Source of the DNA: a virus
Lineage: Duplodnaviria > Caudoviricetes
IMG/VR virus record: IMGVR_UViG_3300044719_000253
Span: 1-64,000 of that record
DNA length: 64,000 nt
Direction: 5' to 3' (one strand)
Positions 35,143-44,288 of this stretch are shown one piece after another (position 1 is the stretch's first letter; each line of letters begins with the position of its first letter). A program made the position numbers and the translations under genes. The notes beneath the pieces are model-generated. The model searched no databases and was not told where the DNA came from. It saw nothing but the letters and a program-made list of their open reading frames with translations.

Positions 35143-35414
35143 GATTGATTGGCTTGGGCGGCGAGTTGGGCTTCGAGCGTTGGGACTGGGCGCCAATCCG
35201 ACAGGGTTGAACCATCCCGGGCGGTGGCCACCCACAGTTGCTCGAAACTCGACTGGTTGACTTCTTCCCCGGCTTTCGGCAGGGCGATGCGGATCTGGGG
35301 GGTGAGGGTGTAGGCCGTCACCGGTTCCTTGGCCTGCAACTCGTTGTATTGTTGCAGGGTGGGGAGCGTGTCACGGGTGATCACGTCTTCCAAAGGGGTC
35401 AATGTATCCATCAC
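35139..35414 (-). CDS. hypothetical protein
   Basis: AGGAG SD. Confidence 0.6.
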   Translation of the reverse strand: MMDTLTPLEDVITRDTLPTLQQYNELQAKEPVTAYTLTPQIRIALPKAGEEVNQSSFEQLWVATARDGSTLSDWRPVPTLEAQLAAQANQS

Positions 35415-35424
35415 AAACTCCTGA

Positions 35425-35913
35425 TTAACTGTACTCGAAACGGCGCTCGAACATTTTCGTCGCTTTCTCTACCGTGAGATTCGAATTGATCTTGGACGGG
35501 CAGGGGAAGTCCGGATCCTTTAACAGTTCCGGATCATCTCGCAGAAACCAGCAATCAAACAACAAACACAGCCGGGCGGCCCGGTTCGACGGCATCTGGA
35601 TCAAGCTCTGACCACTTTGCGCATGGATCCAAAACTCGTTGTTGTGTCCCGGGTACAGATTGCACCCGTCTTCTTGCAGAAGACGCAACGCTTCTTCCAA
35701 GTAGCTGTCTTTTGTGTCTTCCCACTCATCCACATGGCGATGTATGCCTTTGGCCAAATCGATCCGAAAGTTCTGGGCAGCCGCATGGACCGAGGCCAAG
35801 TCAAAAGGTAAATAAACCCGACGGTCGATCGAAAGTTTCTCATTGCCACTTTCAATGGTGCTGAGGCGACGGCCGGAAGCTTTCACAACGCGTTTCGTGC
35901 GATAAGTGCTCAT
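35425..35913 (-). CDS. hypothetical protein
   Basis: ORF downstream of DHFR. Confidence 0.65.
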   Translation of the reverse strand: MSTYRTKRVVKASGRRLSTIESGNEKLSIDRRVYLPFDLASVHAAAQNFRIDLAKGIHRHVDEWEDTKDSYLEEALRLLQEDGCNLYPGHNNEFWIHAQSGQSLIQMPSNRAARLCLLFDCWFLRDDPELLKDPDFPCPSKINSNLTVEKATKMFERRFEYS

Positions 35914-35918
35914 TGGGA

Positions 35919-36596
35919 CTATTCTTTCAGAGGTACGTTTTCCAACAAACGCAGACGCCAGTACTCGTAGCGCATGCTGAGGCCGCCACTGAGCTGATGG
36001 GTACTGTGGACCGGCGGGAACCAGTCCCGCTCATTGAATGTGGGGAAACGCGTATCGCACAACGCGTTATGTTGAATCCGGGTCAGGATCATGTCATGCG
36101 CCAGATTGAGGTCCAGCGCCTGGCGGTAAATCTCGCCGCCACCGATAATGAAGATCTGCTCATCAGCGGTAGCATCGAGGGCGTCCTCCAGACTCGGCAA
36201 TGCCACTAGATCGGTGTGGTTGTACTTGGCGTAGAACCCCGGGATATCCCGGGTGATGACAATGTTGACCCGATCCGGCAGGCACTTGCCATTGAGGGAC
36301 TCGAACGTCTTACGCCCCATGATCACCGTGTGGCCAGTCGTCAGGCGTTTGAATTGCTGCATGTCGGGACTGATCGCCCACGGGATTTGGTTGTCTTTGC
36401 CAATCCCGTTCTCGCTGTCCATGGCCGCGATGATGGTGATGTTCTTACCACCCGGGTTCGACACCGGAATCACATTACCGTGGGTGTTGAACCCGAAACG
36501 TGGTTTACGAATCAGCGCGCGCTTGAGTGCGTCCGTCCATTCCCGTTTGGAACGGCAATTGTTCAGTGTTGCGGTGAGGGCTTTGTCGAAATGCAT
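35919..36596 (-). CDS. folA: dihydrofolate reductase with N-terminal extension
   Basis: IAAM..NGIGKDNQIPW..S.DM..FK..T.G..VIMGRKTFESL..LP.R.NIVITR ... IIGGGEIY ... DT.FP. Confidence 0.95.
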   Translation of the reverse strand: MHFDKALTATLNNCRSKREWTDALKRALIRKPRFGFNTHGNVIPVSNPGGKNITIIAAMDSENGIGKDNQIPWAISPDMQQFKRLTTGHTVIMGRKTFESLNGKCLPDRVNIVITRDIPGFYAKYNHTDLVALPSLEDALDATADEQIFIIGGGEIYRQALDLNLAHDMILTRIQHNALCDTRFPTFNERDWFPPVHSTHQLSGGLSMRYEYWRLRLLENVPLKE

Positions 36597-36599
36597 GGG

Positions 36600-37346
36600 T
36601 TAACCTTTATATCGAAGGTGATCGGGGGTGTCCCAGAGGTCTTCCGAGAACAGATCCCGTTCGTGATCGGTGCGTTTGACTTGACCGGTGTGGAGAGCCA
36701 GCTCGCGGCCAGCTTCCCGACCGATAAAGCGATACTGGTTGGTCAAGAACCCTTGGGTATGTGGACGATGATTCGCGTCATACTGCGCCATGAACCAGAT
36801 ACAATGATGATGGCGGCCCGGTTTCTCGACACACCACATCGTGCCGGTATCATCCAGAATCGCCGACGCGATAATCAGTTCTTTCTTGCGCGGGCGCTTC
36901 TCGTAATACAACCCGTGGTATTCTTGCTGAGTCGGGGTAATTCGAAATGCCCGATAGCCGAAGGCCGCGTGAATCACTTCGTAGTCACCATAGAACCGGG
37001 CGGCATACAGCGTCGCGCTTACCAATACCAGCAATGCTGGATATGCACTGGCAAACAATACCCAGGCAGTCAGATACACTGCCGGAATGATGTTCTTTTC
37101 GAGCAGCATCGTATTCACGTCCACGAGCCAGGGTTGCAACAACGCGGTGATGATAATCCCGAACAACAACCCTTCGAGGATTTCGTAGGCGTCTTTGTAT
37201 TTCTTGATCAGTTTAGTTTGGACATACTGCTTAAAGGCGGTATAGAACACCGTCGCTCCTGTTATTAGAATTAAAACACTATTTCCGCTTGTAAGATCCG
37301 GCGCACTTCCATCCAGATCTCCCCCAAAAGATTCGTACCTCGCCAT
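36600..37346 (-). CDS. membrane protein with C-terminal conserved phage domain (GRH...QGF.T...R...A...GQ...LFSEDLW)
   Basis: Three hydrophobic helices in an AT-rich 5' half; start uncertain because of overlap with NADAR. Confidence 0.6.
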   Translation of the reverse strand: MARYESFGGDLDGSAPDLTSGNSVLILITGATVFYTAFKQYVQTKLIKKYKDAYEILEGLLFGIIITALLQPWLVDVNTMLLEKNIIPAVYLTAWVLFASAYPALLVLVSATLYAARFYGDYEVIHAAFGYRAFRITPTQQEYHGLYYEKRPRKKELIIASAILDDTGTMWCVEKPGRHHHCIWFMAQYDANHRPHTQGFLTNQYRFIGREAGRELALHTGQVKRTDHERDLFSEDLWDTPDHLRYKG

Positions 37347-38176
37347 TCCCGCATATCGTAGATGCGGGGATCCTCTTTGGCAATCCCCACCCCCCAGATC
37401 ACATCCCGCTCACTGGCTTCCACCAACACCGCGTTGCCGGTCGAGAGTAAATATTCCCGTATCTCTGTATGCTCACGGGCTTTCTGCAGACACCCGGTCA
37501 ACATGTAACGGCGCCGCTTAGCGGCCCATAGATTCTCATCGAATGGGCGTACGCCCCGCCCCAGCACTTTACAACCCTGGGGATTGGGTTCCGCTAGAAT
37601 CCGCCCGGCCTGGAGTTTGTCGTTAAACAACATGGCTTTCACGTACATCAAGAACTGTTCGCCATGTGCAAATGTCACTCCTTTGACGGTGAAACCAGAA
37701 GGATGGTGATTCGATAACACATCGTGTTTGCTGTAAAATGGCACGATATCTTGGATCAACGGAATTGACACCACGGCTTTGGGAATCTCTTTGTAATACT
37801 GAGGGCCATTGATCTCCCCTTTGAGTTCCACGGTATGGCCACGACTCTCCAAGTAATCCTTGAACTCATGAACGATCAAATGGCGGTGACAGAACTTGCC
37901 TGGCGTACAATAGCAGAGCGCTGCTATTTTTTCATGCTCTTCGAGTTTCTTCCAGACCGTCGGATTATCACGACGCGAATCGCGCATCATCCGTAAGTAC
38001 TGGTCGGTGTATTGCTCATCCGACAGGCGTTGTTCCTTGTGGGCCATCACCATATCCCAGCGGGGCGCAAACGCCTTCACACCAGATTTCACCGTGGTAT
38101 CGAGTACATGGATACCTTTGTCTTGCAAACCACGGCTGCGGGACATCTGGACAGTGTAGAGTTGATAGGTACCCAT
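37271..38176 (-). CDS. DUF488-like domain fused to NADAR (YbiA) ADP-ribosylhydrolase
   Basis: N-term FAP.W ... LCYC..GKFCHRH; C-term LSN.H.S.F ... EQF.M..KA ... K.LGR ... LVEAS..D.IWG.G ... G.NLLG.I.ME.R. Confidence 0.85.
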   Translation of the reverse strand: MGTYQLYTVQMSRSRGLQDKGIHVLDTTVKSGVKAFAPRWDMVMAHKEQRLSDEQYTDQYLRMMRDSRRDNPTVWKKLEEHEKIAALCYCTPGKFCHRHLIVHEFKDYLESRGHTVELKGEINGPQYYKEIPKAVVSIPLIQDIVPFYSKHDVLSNHHPSGFTVKGVTFAHGEQFLMYVKAMLFNDKLQAGRILAEPNPQGCKVLGRGVRPFDENLWAAKRRRYMLTGCLQKAREHTEIREYLLSTGNAVLVEASERDVIWGVGIAKEDPRIYDMREWRGTNLLGEIWMEVRRILQAEIVF

Positions 38177-38187
38177 GTTGACCTCGA

Positions 38188-38391
38188 TTAGATTAGTACA
38201 CGTTGTTCTGGTTTGGCTTCACGGCAATCTTGCCAGCCAAGTTTCCATTCCGCACTTGCCCGGTCGTCGTACGGTAGATTATTCACCCGCGCATTCCAAC
38301 CTTGACTGTAATGAGTTTTCTCGCCTTCAGCAGAGCGAGGCGTCAGTGAGATATCACCCATGATGATCCTTGTTATTTTGGTTAGCCTCAC
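38188..38391 (-). CDS. small protein with Rmf-like motif
   Basis: YSQGWNA...PY....SAEW..GW. Confidence 0.5.
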   Translation of the reverse strand: MRLTKITRIIMGDISLTPRSAEGEKTHYSQGWNARVNNLPYDDRASAEWKLGWQDCREAKPEQRVLI

Positions 38392-38529
38392 GCGAAGCTT
38401 TATCCACCACCAGGGCTTCTTGAATCACTTCGCGTGCCTGTTCGGCATTGCCGATACCGTAGATGTACTGGGCCTTCTCAAGCACTTGTTCAGCTACGGT
38501 GCGCAACACAGCATTGGCTTGGTCAGCGT

Positions 38530-39150
38530 TCATCCGTGACGACGCTCCTTACGGTTGACCGCCGGCGGCACTTCCCACGGGTTGTCTTGCTGTTCACGCC
38601 GGCGTTGGCTGAGAAGCTGATCGACCCCGGGCTGACAACGTCGACAACACTTCCGACTCTTCTTACCGAAGAAACTGCGCTGACACGTGTGGCACTTGTG
38701 CTGCGAGGTGTTCTTCTTCCCCATGTCTTCCAGCCAATCCAACGCGCGCTGTTCTTCAGCTGCTTTTAACCGTGTAGCGGCTTCCGCTTCGGTTTGGGCA
38801 CCTTGAAGGATATCACGCAGATTCGCCTTGAACTTTTCCACCCAGCCCATGTCAGCATGTTCAGGATCGAACTCGACATGGATGTTGCCGTTGTAGGTGG
38901 TCAGATCCCAGTTGGCCATATTGCCACAGGTCGGACAGACGAACCCATTCTCGATACGGCGCATACGTTGCATCGGCGTACAGGGGCCACAGTACGGCAC
39001 GTAATCCGGATCCTGCAGCTTCTTGGTCATGAAGTCATCACCGGGTACAATCACGCCCCGCGGATGGGCTACAGTGGCTTTCGGAATGCGATGGCGGGCG
39101 GCAAGTTCTGCCGCCAGCTGTTGCTCGTATGGAGTCAGTTCGCGCATCAT
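38530..39150 (-). CDS. zinc-binding hypothetical protein
   Basis: CGPC, CPTC, CHTC, CCRRC clusters. Confidence 0.7.
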   Translation of the reverse strand: MMRELTPYEQQLAAELAARHRIPKATVAHPRGVIVPGDDFMTKKLQDPDYVPYCGPCTPMQRMRRIENGFVCPTCGNMANWDLTTYNGNIHVEFDPEHADMGWVEKFKANLRDILQGAQTEAEAATRLKAAEEQRALDWLEDMGKKNTSQHKCHTCQRSFFGKKSRKCCRRCQPGVDQLLSQRRREQQDNPWEVPPAVNRKERRHG

Positions 39151-39156
39151 CGTCCC

Positions 39157-39306
39157 TTAAGCCGTGGTCAAGACTTCTTGTTCCACCGCCTGGGCGTGAA
39201 GCCAACCGTTTTGCCATTCCTGGGGCTGTGACGGATCGCACGGCAGGCCACGGCAAAACGCTTCAAAGCCGATTTCGAACGTCGTTTTTGCTTTCGGGAG
39301 TTTCAT
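39157..39306 (-). CDS. small protein with Rmf-like motif (49 aa, not in ORF track)
   Basis: MKLPKAKTTFEIGFEAFCRGLPCDPSQPQEWQNGWLHAQAVEQEVLTTA; AAGGA SD. Confidence 0.55.
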   Translation of the reverse strand: MKLPKAKTTFEIGFEAFCRGLPCDPSQPQEWQNGWLHAQAVEQEVLTTA

Positions 39307-39367
39307 AATTTTTCCTTGTCATACGATCCTCCTACCCTTGGGGTGGAGGATCGCGGGGTTTGTGAGG

Positions 39368-39949
39368 TTACTGCACTTGTTGGGTGTTGAGCTGATCCAC
39401 GAGCTGGCTCAGCTGTTCAAAACCGTTCGCGCGCAGCATCATGGCATACGGTTCTTCACCATCGCGGAAGAAGATCCGGACGTAGTCGCCAGTCACGTCG
39501 ACTGCGGATGCATGCGGGGCGATCCGTGCCACGACTTCGCGCAGCGAGAAATACGATGCGATCGAGAAGGCCGGCAGGGTTTTGCGGGATGCGGCGAATG
39601 CCAGGTCGTACAAACGGATTACTGTCGACGGGTCTTGCAGGGCGGCGCCGGGTGCGATTTCCATCGGCTCGGCGATTTTCTGGAAGAACACCGACGCATG
39701 GTCCGATTGATACGCCTGGTAACGTTTGACGGTCTGCCCGTCTTTCACCTCGGCCTTCAGCTTGTAGTCGAACGTGATCTTCGGGTTCGAGGCACCCGAC
39801 ATGGCCCAGCAGCGCAACGCGTCATCGATTGCGGTGATCAGTTGGCTGCGCTCGCCGCTGAACTGGCGATGGATCAGTTCGACTTCACGGGCGTTGAAAT
39901 CGAAATTGGTCAGGGTGAAATCGACGGTGCTGGTTTTCGTGGTTTGCAT
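39368..39949 (-). CDS. hypothetical protein
   Basis: AAGGA SD and AACTAACAA leader. Confidence 0.7.
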   Translation of the reverse strand: MQTTKTSTVDFTLTNFDFNAREVELIHRQFSGERSQLITAIDDALRCWAMSGASNPKITFDYKLKAEVKDGQTVKRYQAYQSDHASVFFQKIAEPMEIAPGAALQDPSTVIRLYDLAFAASRKTLPAFSIASYFSLREVVARIAPHASAVDVTGDYVRIFFRDGEEPYAMMLRANGFEQLSQLVDQLNTQQVQ

Positions 39950-40022
39950 GACTTTCCTTGGTTGTTAGTTGTGAGGTTGCTACGCGACAACTCCTACACT
40001 AATAAGAGCATCGCGTGAAAAT

Positions 40023-40283
40023 TTAATCTTTGATATTTTTAGTAAGATTCTTCAAAAACGCTGGCACATCCTTCGGTGCTTGCGCGTGGATCTTGGTTTT
40101 CTTGTGGCGTTTGGTTTGCACCGCAGCGCGTTGGTTACGGGCTTCGACTTCCAGCGCATGGCGGTCGATCTCATTTTGCCGCCGACGTTCGTTCTGAACG
40201 ATGCGATGCTGCCGATTGGTTTCAGCTGCGAGACCGAACGCTTTGTCGAAGTTAAAACCTGGGACGTAATAGAGCACCATCAT
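40023..40283 (-). CDS. hypothetical basic protein
   Basis: GGAG SD before 40283. Confidence 0.6.
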   Translation of the reverse strand: MMVLYYVPGFNFDKAFGLAAETNRQHRIVQNERRRQNEIDRHALEVEARNQRAAVQTKRHKKTKIHAQAPKDVPAFLKNLTKNIKD

Positions 40284-40342
40284 GAGATTCTCCAATTAAC
40301 AGACGCCTTGGCTCCTTAGGGGTCAGGGCGTCGGCCGGATAA

Positions 40343-40996
40343 TTACTTTTTGTAGGACGGAGCTTTGTAACCGTAACTCGGCGACGGTTTCGGGGCTGGC
40401 AGGGCGATGGGCTTGGCCAGGGAAACCCGGGGTGCCGGTTGCTTGTATGCCACCGCAGTATAGGCCGATGGTTTGTAATTCGCGGCCGGTGTGGGTGACG
40501 TGGGTATGGTCACGGTTTTCGGGGCGGTCAATGCCGAGGCAGTCATGGTGGGTGTCGGGCTGACTGTACCGGGCGCAGCATAGCTCGGCTTTACGGCTGC
40601 AGGGGCCGGCGTCAGCGGTGTCGGAGCGGGAGCAGAGGCCGGGGTAGCAGCAGCCGGCGGGGTGGTCTTGGCATCGGCAGCGTGGTTATTAACGATCACC
40701 GTCTTGTTGACTTGCGTCACGTGGGTCACGTTCTGCTGCACGGTCGGACGGTTGTCGTAGACCGGATGGGCGCCGCGATCGCGATCGGTGAGGGCCATGG
40801 TAGCGACCGCGCCAAGGGCGGCGCCGGCGACCAGTGCGGTACCGGTGTTGTCCGATTGCTGTACGACCACGGGAGCTTGGGCGGGAGCCGGGGCTTGTTG
40901 GACGACTGGGGGTTGTTGGTATTGGACTTGAGGAGGCTGATCGTTACCGCACGCGACGAGGGTGAGCAACGCCAGAATGGTGAAGAGCTTTTTCAT
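40343..40996 (-). CDS. lipoprotein with Pro/Ala-rich tail
   Basis: MKK-hydrophobic-LVAC lipobox; PAPA/PTPA low-complexity repeats. Confidence 0.75.
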   Translation of the reverse strand: MKKLFTILALLTLVACGNDQPPQVQYQQPPVVQQAPAPAQAPVVVQQSDNTGTALVAGAALGAVATMALTDRDRGAHPVYDNRPTVQQNVTHVTQVNKTVIVNNHAADAKTTPPAAATPASAPAPTPLTPAPAAVKPSYAAPGTVSPTPTMTASALTAPKTVTIPTSPTPAANYKPSAYTAVAYKQPAPRVSLAKPIALPAPKPSPSYGYKAPSYKK

Positions 40997-41062
40997 GTTA
41001 TTCCTTATGGATGTAGTTATGGCATAAAGACCCTAGCCCCTTCGGGCTAGGGCTTCATGATG

Positions 41063-42610
41063 TTACGCTACTGCGGCGACAGCATCGACCGATTGCGCGA
41101 ACGCCAAACGATTCGCCGCTTTGTCGATAGCACCTTTCTGCGCATTGGCGCGGGTGTCATCGAACGATTGACGCCAGTCACGATAGCCCTTGTCGAGCCA
41201 GCGACGGTGTCCAGGACCCGGCACGAACATCTCGTAGAGACTGTTCGATACCAGGGCGTCGAAGGTTTCGAGTTCACCGTTGTCGTTTTCACGATTACGG
41301 ATCAACCCCGACAGCGACTTCTTACCCAGGTCCGACTTCGGTTCCTTGAGCACGCGTTCCCACGATTCGCAGCGTTTCGCGATCGTCTTCATGCTGAAGC
41401 TCAGTTTGTCACGGGAACCTTCGTTGGTGATGCCGGCACCCATGCCGAGCAGGAAGTTATTGGTGGAGAACTTGTGGTCCACCACCGCTGCCCGCACGAC
41501 GGGTTCGAAAGTGCTGACGTTCATGCCGTCACCATACAGTGCCCCGATGCATGGGGGCAGGTCTTGGTAACCAGCCGCGTTCACGGTTGTGCCGAAGATG
41601 TCCTTCAGCCAGCCGAGCACTTGTGGCAACTTCTTCTTGGGGATGCCCGAATCCGGACGGATGACCAAACGGCCACCCGAGTTTTCGATTTCCACCTTGA
41701 AGCCAGCGACGTACACCGTGACGAAACGTTCATCGTCGTAGGTATCAGGCACCGTCGAGATCACCGGGATACCGATGCCGCGTTTGCTACGCTCGACCAC
41801 CGCGTTCAAGCGCCGCATCACCATCTGCATGCCGCCGAAATCGTCACGCGTTGCCGCGTCCGAGTTCAGGCAGACCGTCGTGTGTTCCGTGGCTTCCACC
41901 GAGCTGGTGTAGGCCTTGGGCGTGTTGTAGAGCGTCTTGATGTAACGATTGGCGCGACCACAATCACTGCCCAGGAACAGCATCGCGTGTGCAATGCCTT
42001 TCAGGACGGGGGTTTCATCTGGACCATCTGCACCACGATCACCGAAGTTGTGGATCAGATATTCCAGCATGTTGATGTTACCACCGGACAGGAGTACGTA
42101 GTACGCCATAGTGGTGAACATGTAGCGGCAGATGGTGGCCGTATAGGTCATCGACCACGACACCGACTGGATCACTGGCTCGAAGTACGGGACCAACCAC
42201 GCAGTGTGGTCATCGTCTTCGTTGGTCACCAGCAGAATCGGCGTCTGGGGCTTAACCACACGACCTTCTTCAACCCCGAACATGGTCAGAGGAATCCGAC
42301 CGCCGTAGGTGCGAAGGATGTACTCCCAGCCTTCGCGGTTGAAGTGATAGCCCTGCTCGGTAATTTCGACTTCTGCTTCGTCGATCATCCATTGTTCGAG
42401 ACGCGCCGTGGCGAACACGTGAGCGATGAACGTTTGTCCGGCGGCCACGATGTCGTCCGTGATCAGCGCGCCGTTGTCGTCGAACAGCGGTTTACGCGGC
42501 ACCACAGCTGAAACCAGCTGCTTCACACCAAAGGGAATTTCTTCCCAGTGGGCAAATTTGTAGGTGTCGCACCAGAGGATGATGTTGAAGGGTTTTACGA
42601 GTTCCAGCAT
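41063..42610 (-). CDS. nadV: nicotinamide phosphoribosyltransferase (Nampt)
   Basis: DTYKFAH, HNFGDRG, SVEATEH, VPDTYD, RPDSG, YGDG, GMGAG, FSMK, KKSLSG. Confidence 0.92.
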   Translation of the reverse strand: MLELVKPFNIILWCDTYKFAHWEEIPFGVKQLVSAVVPRKPLFDDNGALITDDIVAAGQTFIAHVFATARLEQWMIDEAEVEITEQGYHFNREGWEYILRTYGGRIPLTMFGVEEGRVVKPQTPILLVTNEDDDHTAWLVPYFEPVIQSVSWSMTYTATICRYMFTTMAYYVLLSGGNINMLEYLIHNFGDRGADGPDETPVLKGIAHAMLFLGSDCGRANRYIKTLYNTPKAYTSSVEATEHTTVCLNSDAATRDDFGGMQMVMRRLNAVVERSKRGIGIPVISTVPDTYDDERFVTVYVAGFKVEIENSGGRLVIRPDSGIPKKKLPQVLGWLKDIFGTTVNAAGYQDLPPCIGALYGDGMNVSTFEPVVRAAVVDHKFSTNNFLLGMGAGITNEGSRDKLSFSMKTIAKRCESWERVLKEPKSDLGKKSLSGLIRNRENDNGELETFDALVSNSLYEMFVPGPGHRRWLDKGYRDWRQSFDDTRANAQKGAIDKAANRLAFAQSVDAVAAVA

Positions 42611-42698
42611 GATAATTGGCTCCCAATTATTTACTTCACCGGTAAGGGACCGGCAACCCTCATGGCATCTGCCACTAATCTGTACTGCTGCTTGTTAC

Positions 42699-43826
42699 TT
42701 ACGCCGTGAAGAAATCCACGATGTCGTTGTGGTCGTCCCACATCTTGACACGACCGCTGATGATGTCGTACTTAGGGATCCAGCGGATCCCGCCATTCGG
42801 CAACGTCGGATGGGCGGCATCGTCACCACCGTTGGCACGGGGGAACTTACCGTCACGCGCTTCGATCTTGATGTACACGCCCAGCGTCGACTTCGGTACC
42901 GAAGACAAAGTCCGGCCCGGGTGATCGAACAGATGGGTTTGTTGGACGCAGTTACGGATTGTTTGTTCCGGCACCCGCAAGTTGGTCTCTTCGAACAGTT
43001 CCCGAATGGCGGTGTTAAACGCCGTTTCGTTCGTGTTCTTGTGACCACCTGGCAAAGCGACTTGCCCATAACCGAGTTCCCCGGCCCGGGTCACGGTCAG
43101 GATATGGCCGGCGCATTCCACGATAGCGTCACCGCACATGACATTCAACGCTTCCGGGTACGGATAGTTCTTGAACTTCTCCGGTTCCGTGTGCGTCAAA
43201 TAGTACCAGTCACGCTGCAACGGCTCGTTGAACTGGTGACCGTCGCGCAGGTAGTCGTACATCTCGGGGACCAAATGGTCTTGGAGACGCAGACCGCCCG
43301 GTGCAGTTTGCGAATGACGGAACCACAGCTCGCGCAGCCGTGTCGCATCGATGTCTTCGACCTTCCCCACGTCCTTGGTCTTCCACTGCGGGAAGGAGTT
43401 CATGTAGTAGGTCGATTCATCCTTGTCGGTACCGTACAGCGTGATCCGATCGGGATGGATACCGACTTGCTCGGCGTAGACTTCAGCATTCTGGTACACC
43501 CGCATCTTCCACCGTTCCTCGTTGTAGAGGGTGTCGTTCAGTGGCACGACCATGAATTGCCCATTCGGTTTGATCCGTTCGAGCACCTTAGTCATGAGCA
43601 TGGCACGGATGGCGTACTCGTGCGGGTTTTTCTTGGACACGCAACGATTCGCCGAACCGATCATGACCAGCAGATAGTCATTCTCAGCGGCCATGATGCG
43701 CAGGGTACGTTCATGCTGACGATGGATGAACGAGAAACGCCCGATCATCACACCCAACTTGGGCTTGGAAACAAATACTTCTGGTGCAGCGTGTTGCATT
43801 TTTCGACTCCCGAAAAATAAGCGCAT
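42699..43826 (-). CDS. nadM: bifunctional NMN adenylyltransferase / ADP-ribose pyrophosphatase (NadM-Nudix)
   Basis: IGRF..IH..H, IGSAN...KNP; Nudix box ALPGGH..NET..TAIRELFEET; GGDDA; DDH. Confidence 0.9.
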   Translation of the reverse strand: MRLFFGSRKMQHAAPEVFVSKPKLGVMIGRFSFIHRQHERTLRIMAAENDYLLVMIGSANRCVSKKNPHEYAIRAMLMTKVLERIKPNGQFMVVPLNDTLYNEERWKMRVYQNAEVYAEQVGIHPDRITLYGTDKDESTYYMNSFPQWKTKDVGKVEDIDATRLRELWFRHSQTAPGGLRLQDHLVPEMYDYLRDGHQFNEPLQRDWYYLTHTEPEKFKNYPYPEALNVMCGDAIVECAGHILTVTRAGELGYGQVALPGGHKNTNETAFNTAIRELFEETNLRVPEQTIRNCVQQTHLFDHPGRTLSSVPKSTLGVYIKIEARDGKFPRANGGDDAAHPTLPNGGIRWIPKYDIISGRVKMWDDHNDIVDFFTA

Positions 43827-43929
43827 CTTTCCTAGGTGCTAGTGGGCGGCGCGGTTCCCATTGGTTCAGAGCATGTTACGCATCAATAAAAAATTCCTGA
43901 TAAGCAACATCGAATTTCTGCTCACCTGA

Positions 43930-43948
43930 GTGATATAGACGCAAAAAA
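43930..43948 (-). promoter_or_regulatory. putative early promoter (TTTTTT-N4-CTATATCAC) for the NAD operon
   Basis: Exact motif upstream of nadM-nadV. Confidence 0.6.
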
Positions 43949-43955
43949 TAATAGA

Positions 43956-43991
43956 ACGGTATAGCCCCTAGCCACCTGTAGGTGGCTAGGG
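43956..43991 (-). terminator. hairpin plus TATACCGT
   Basis: ccctagccacc tgta ggtggctaggg 11-bp stem. Confidence 0.7.
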
Positions 43992-43997
43992 TAAATA

Positions 43998-44285
43998 TTA
44001 CAGCTTGACGCAGGACAGAGAAACCGGCTTCTCGTAACTGATACCACCGTAAGGCGAAACAGCGCTACATTGCACACCGTTGTAAATCCAGGTACTTACA
44101 TGGAATGTTTGACTGGTCGCATTGGTGTACTTGAACTCACTCACCGGCGGAGCAATAGCGCCCGCTTGTGCCGAATGGGCAAAGAACACTTGGTTCGTCA
44201 ACCATCCCACTACGAAGGCGAGAAACACCCACTTGAACAGCTCACTGCTCAATTCTTTCCATGCTTTCTTTTGATCGTAGGTCAT
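43998..44285 (-). CDS. small exported/membrane protein with Cys pair
   Basis: N-terminal TM segment, two C-terminal Cys. Confidence 0.6.
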   Translation of the reverse strand: MTYDQKKAWKELSSELFKWVFLAFVVGWLTNQVFFAHSAQAGAIAPPVSEFKYTNATSQTFHVSTWIYNGVQCSAVSPYGGISYEKPVSLSCVKL

Positions 44286-44288
44286 GGG

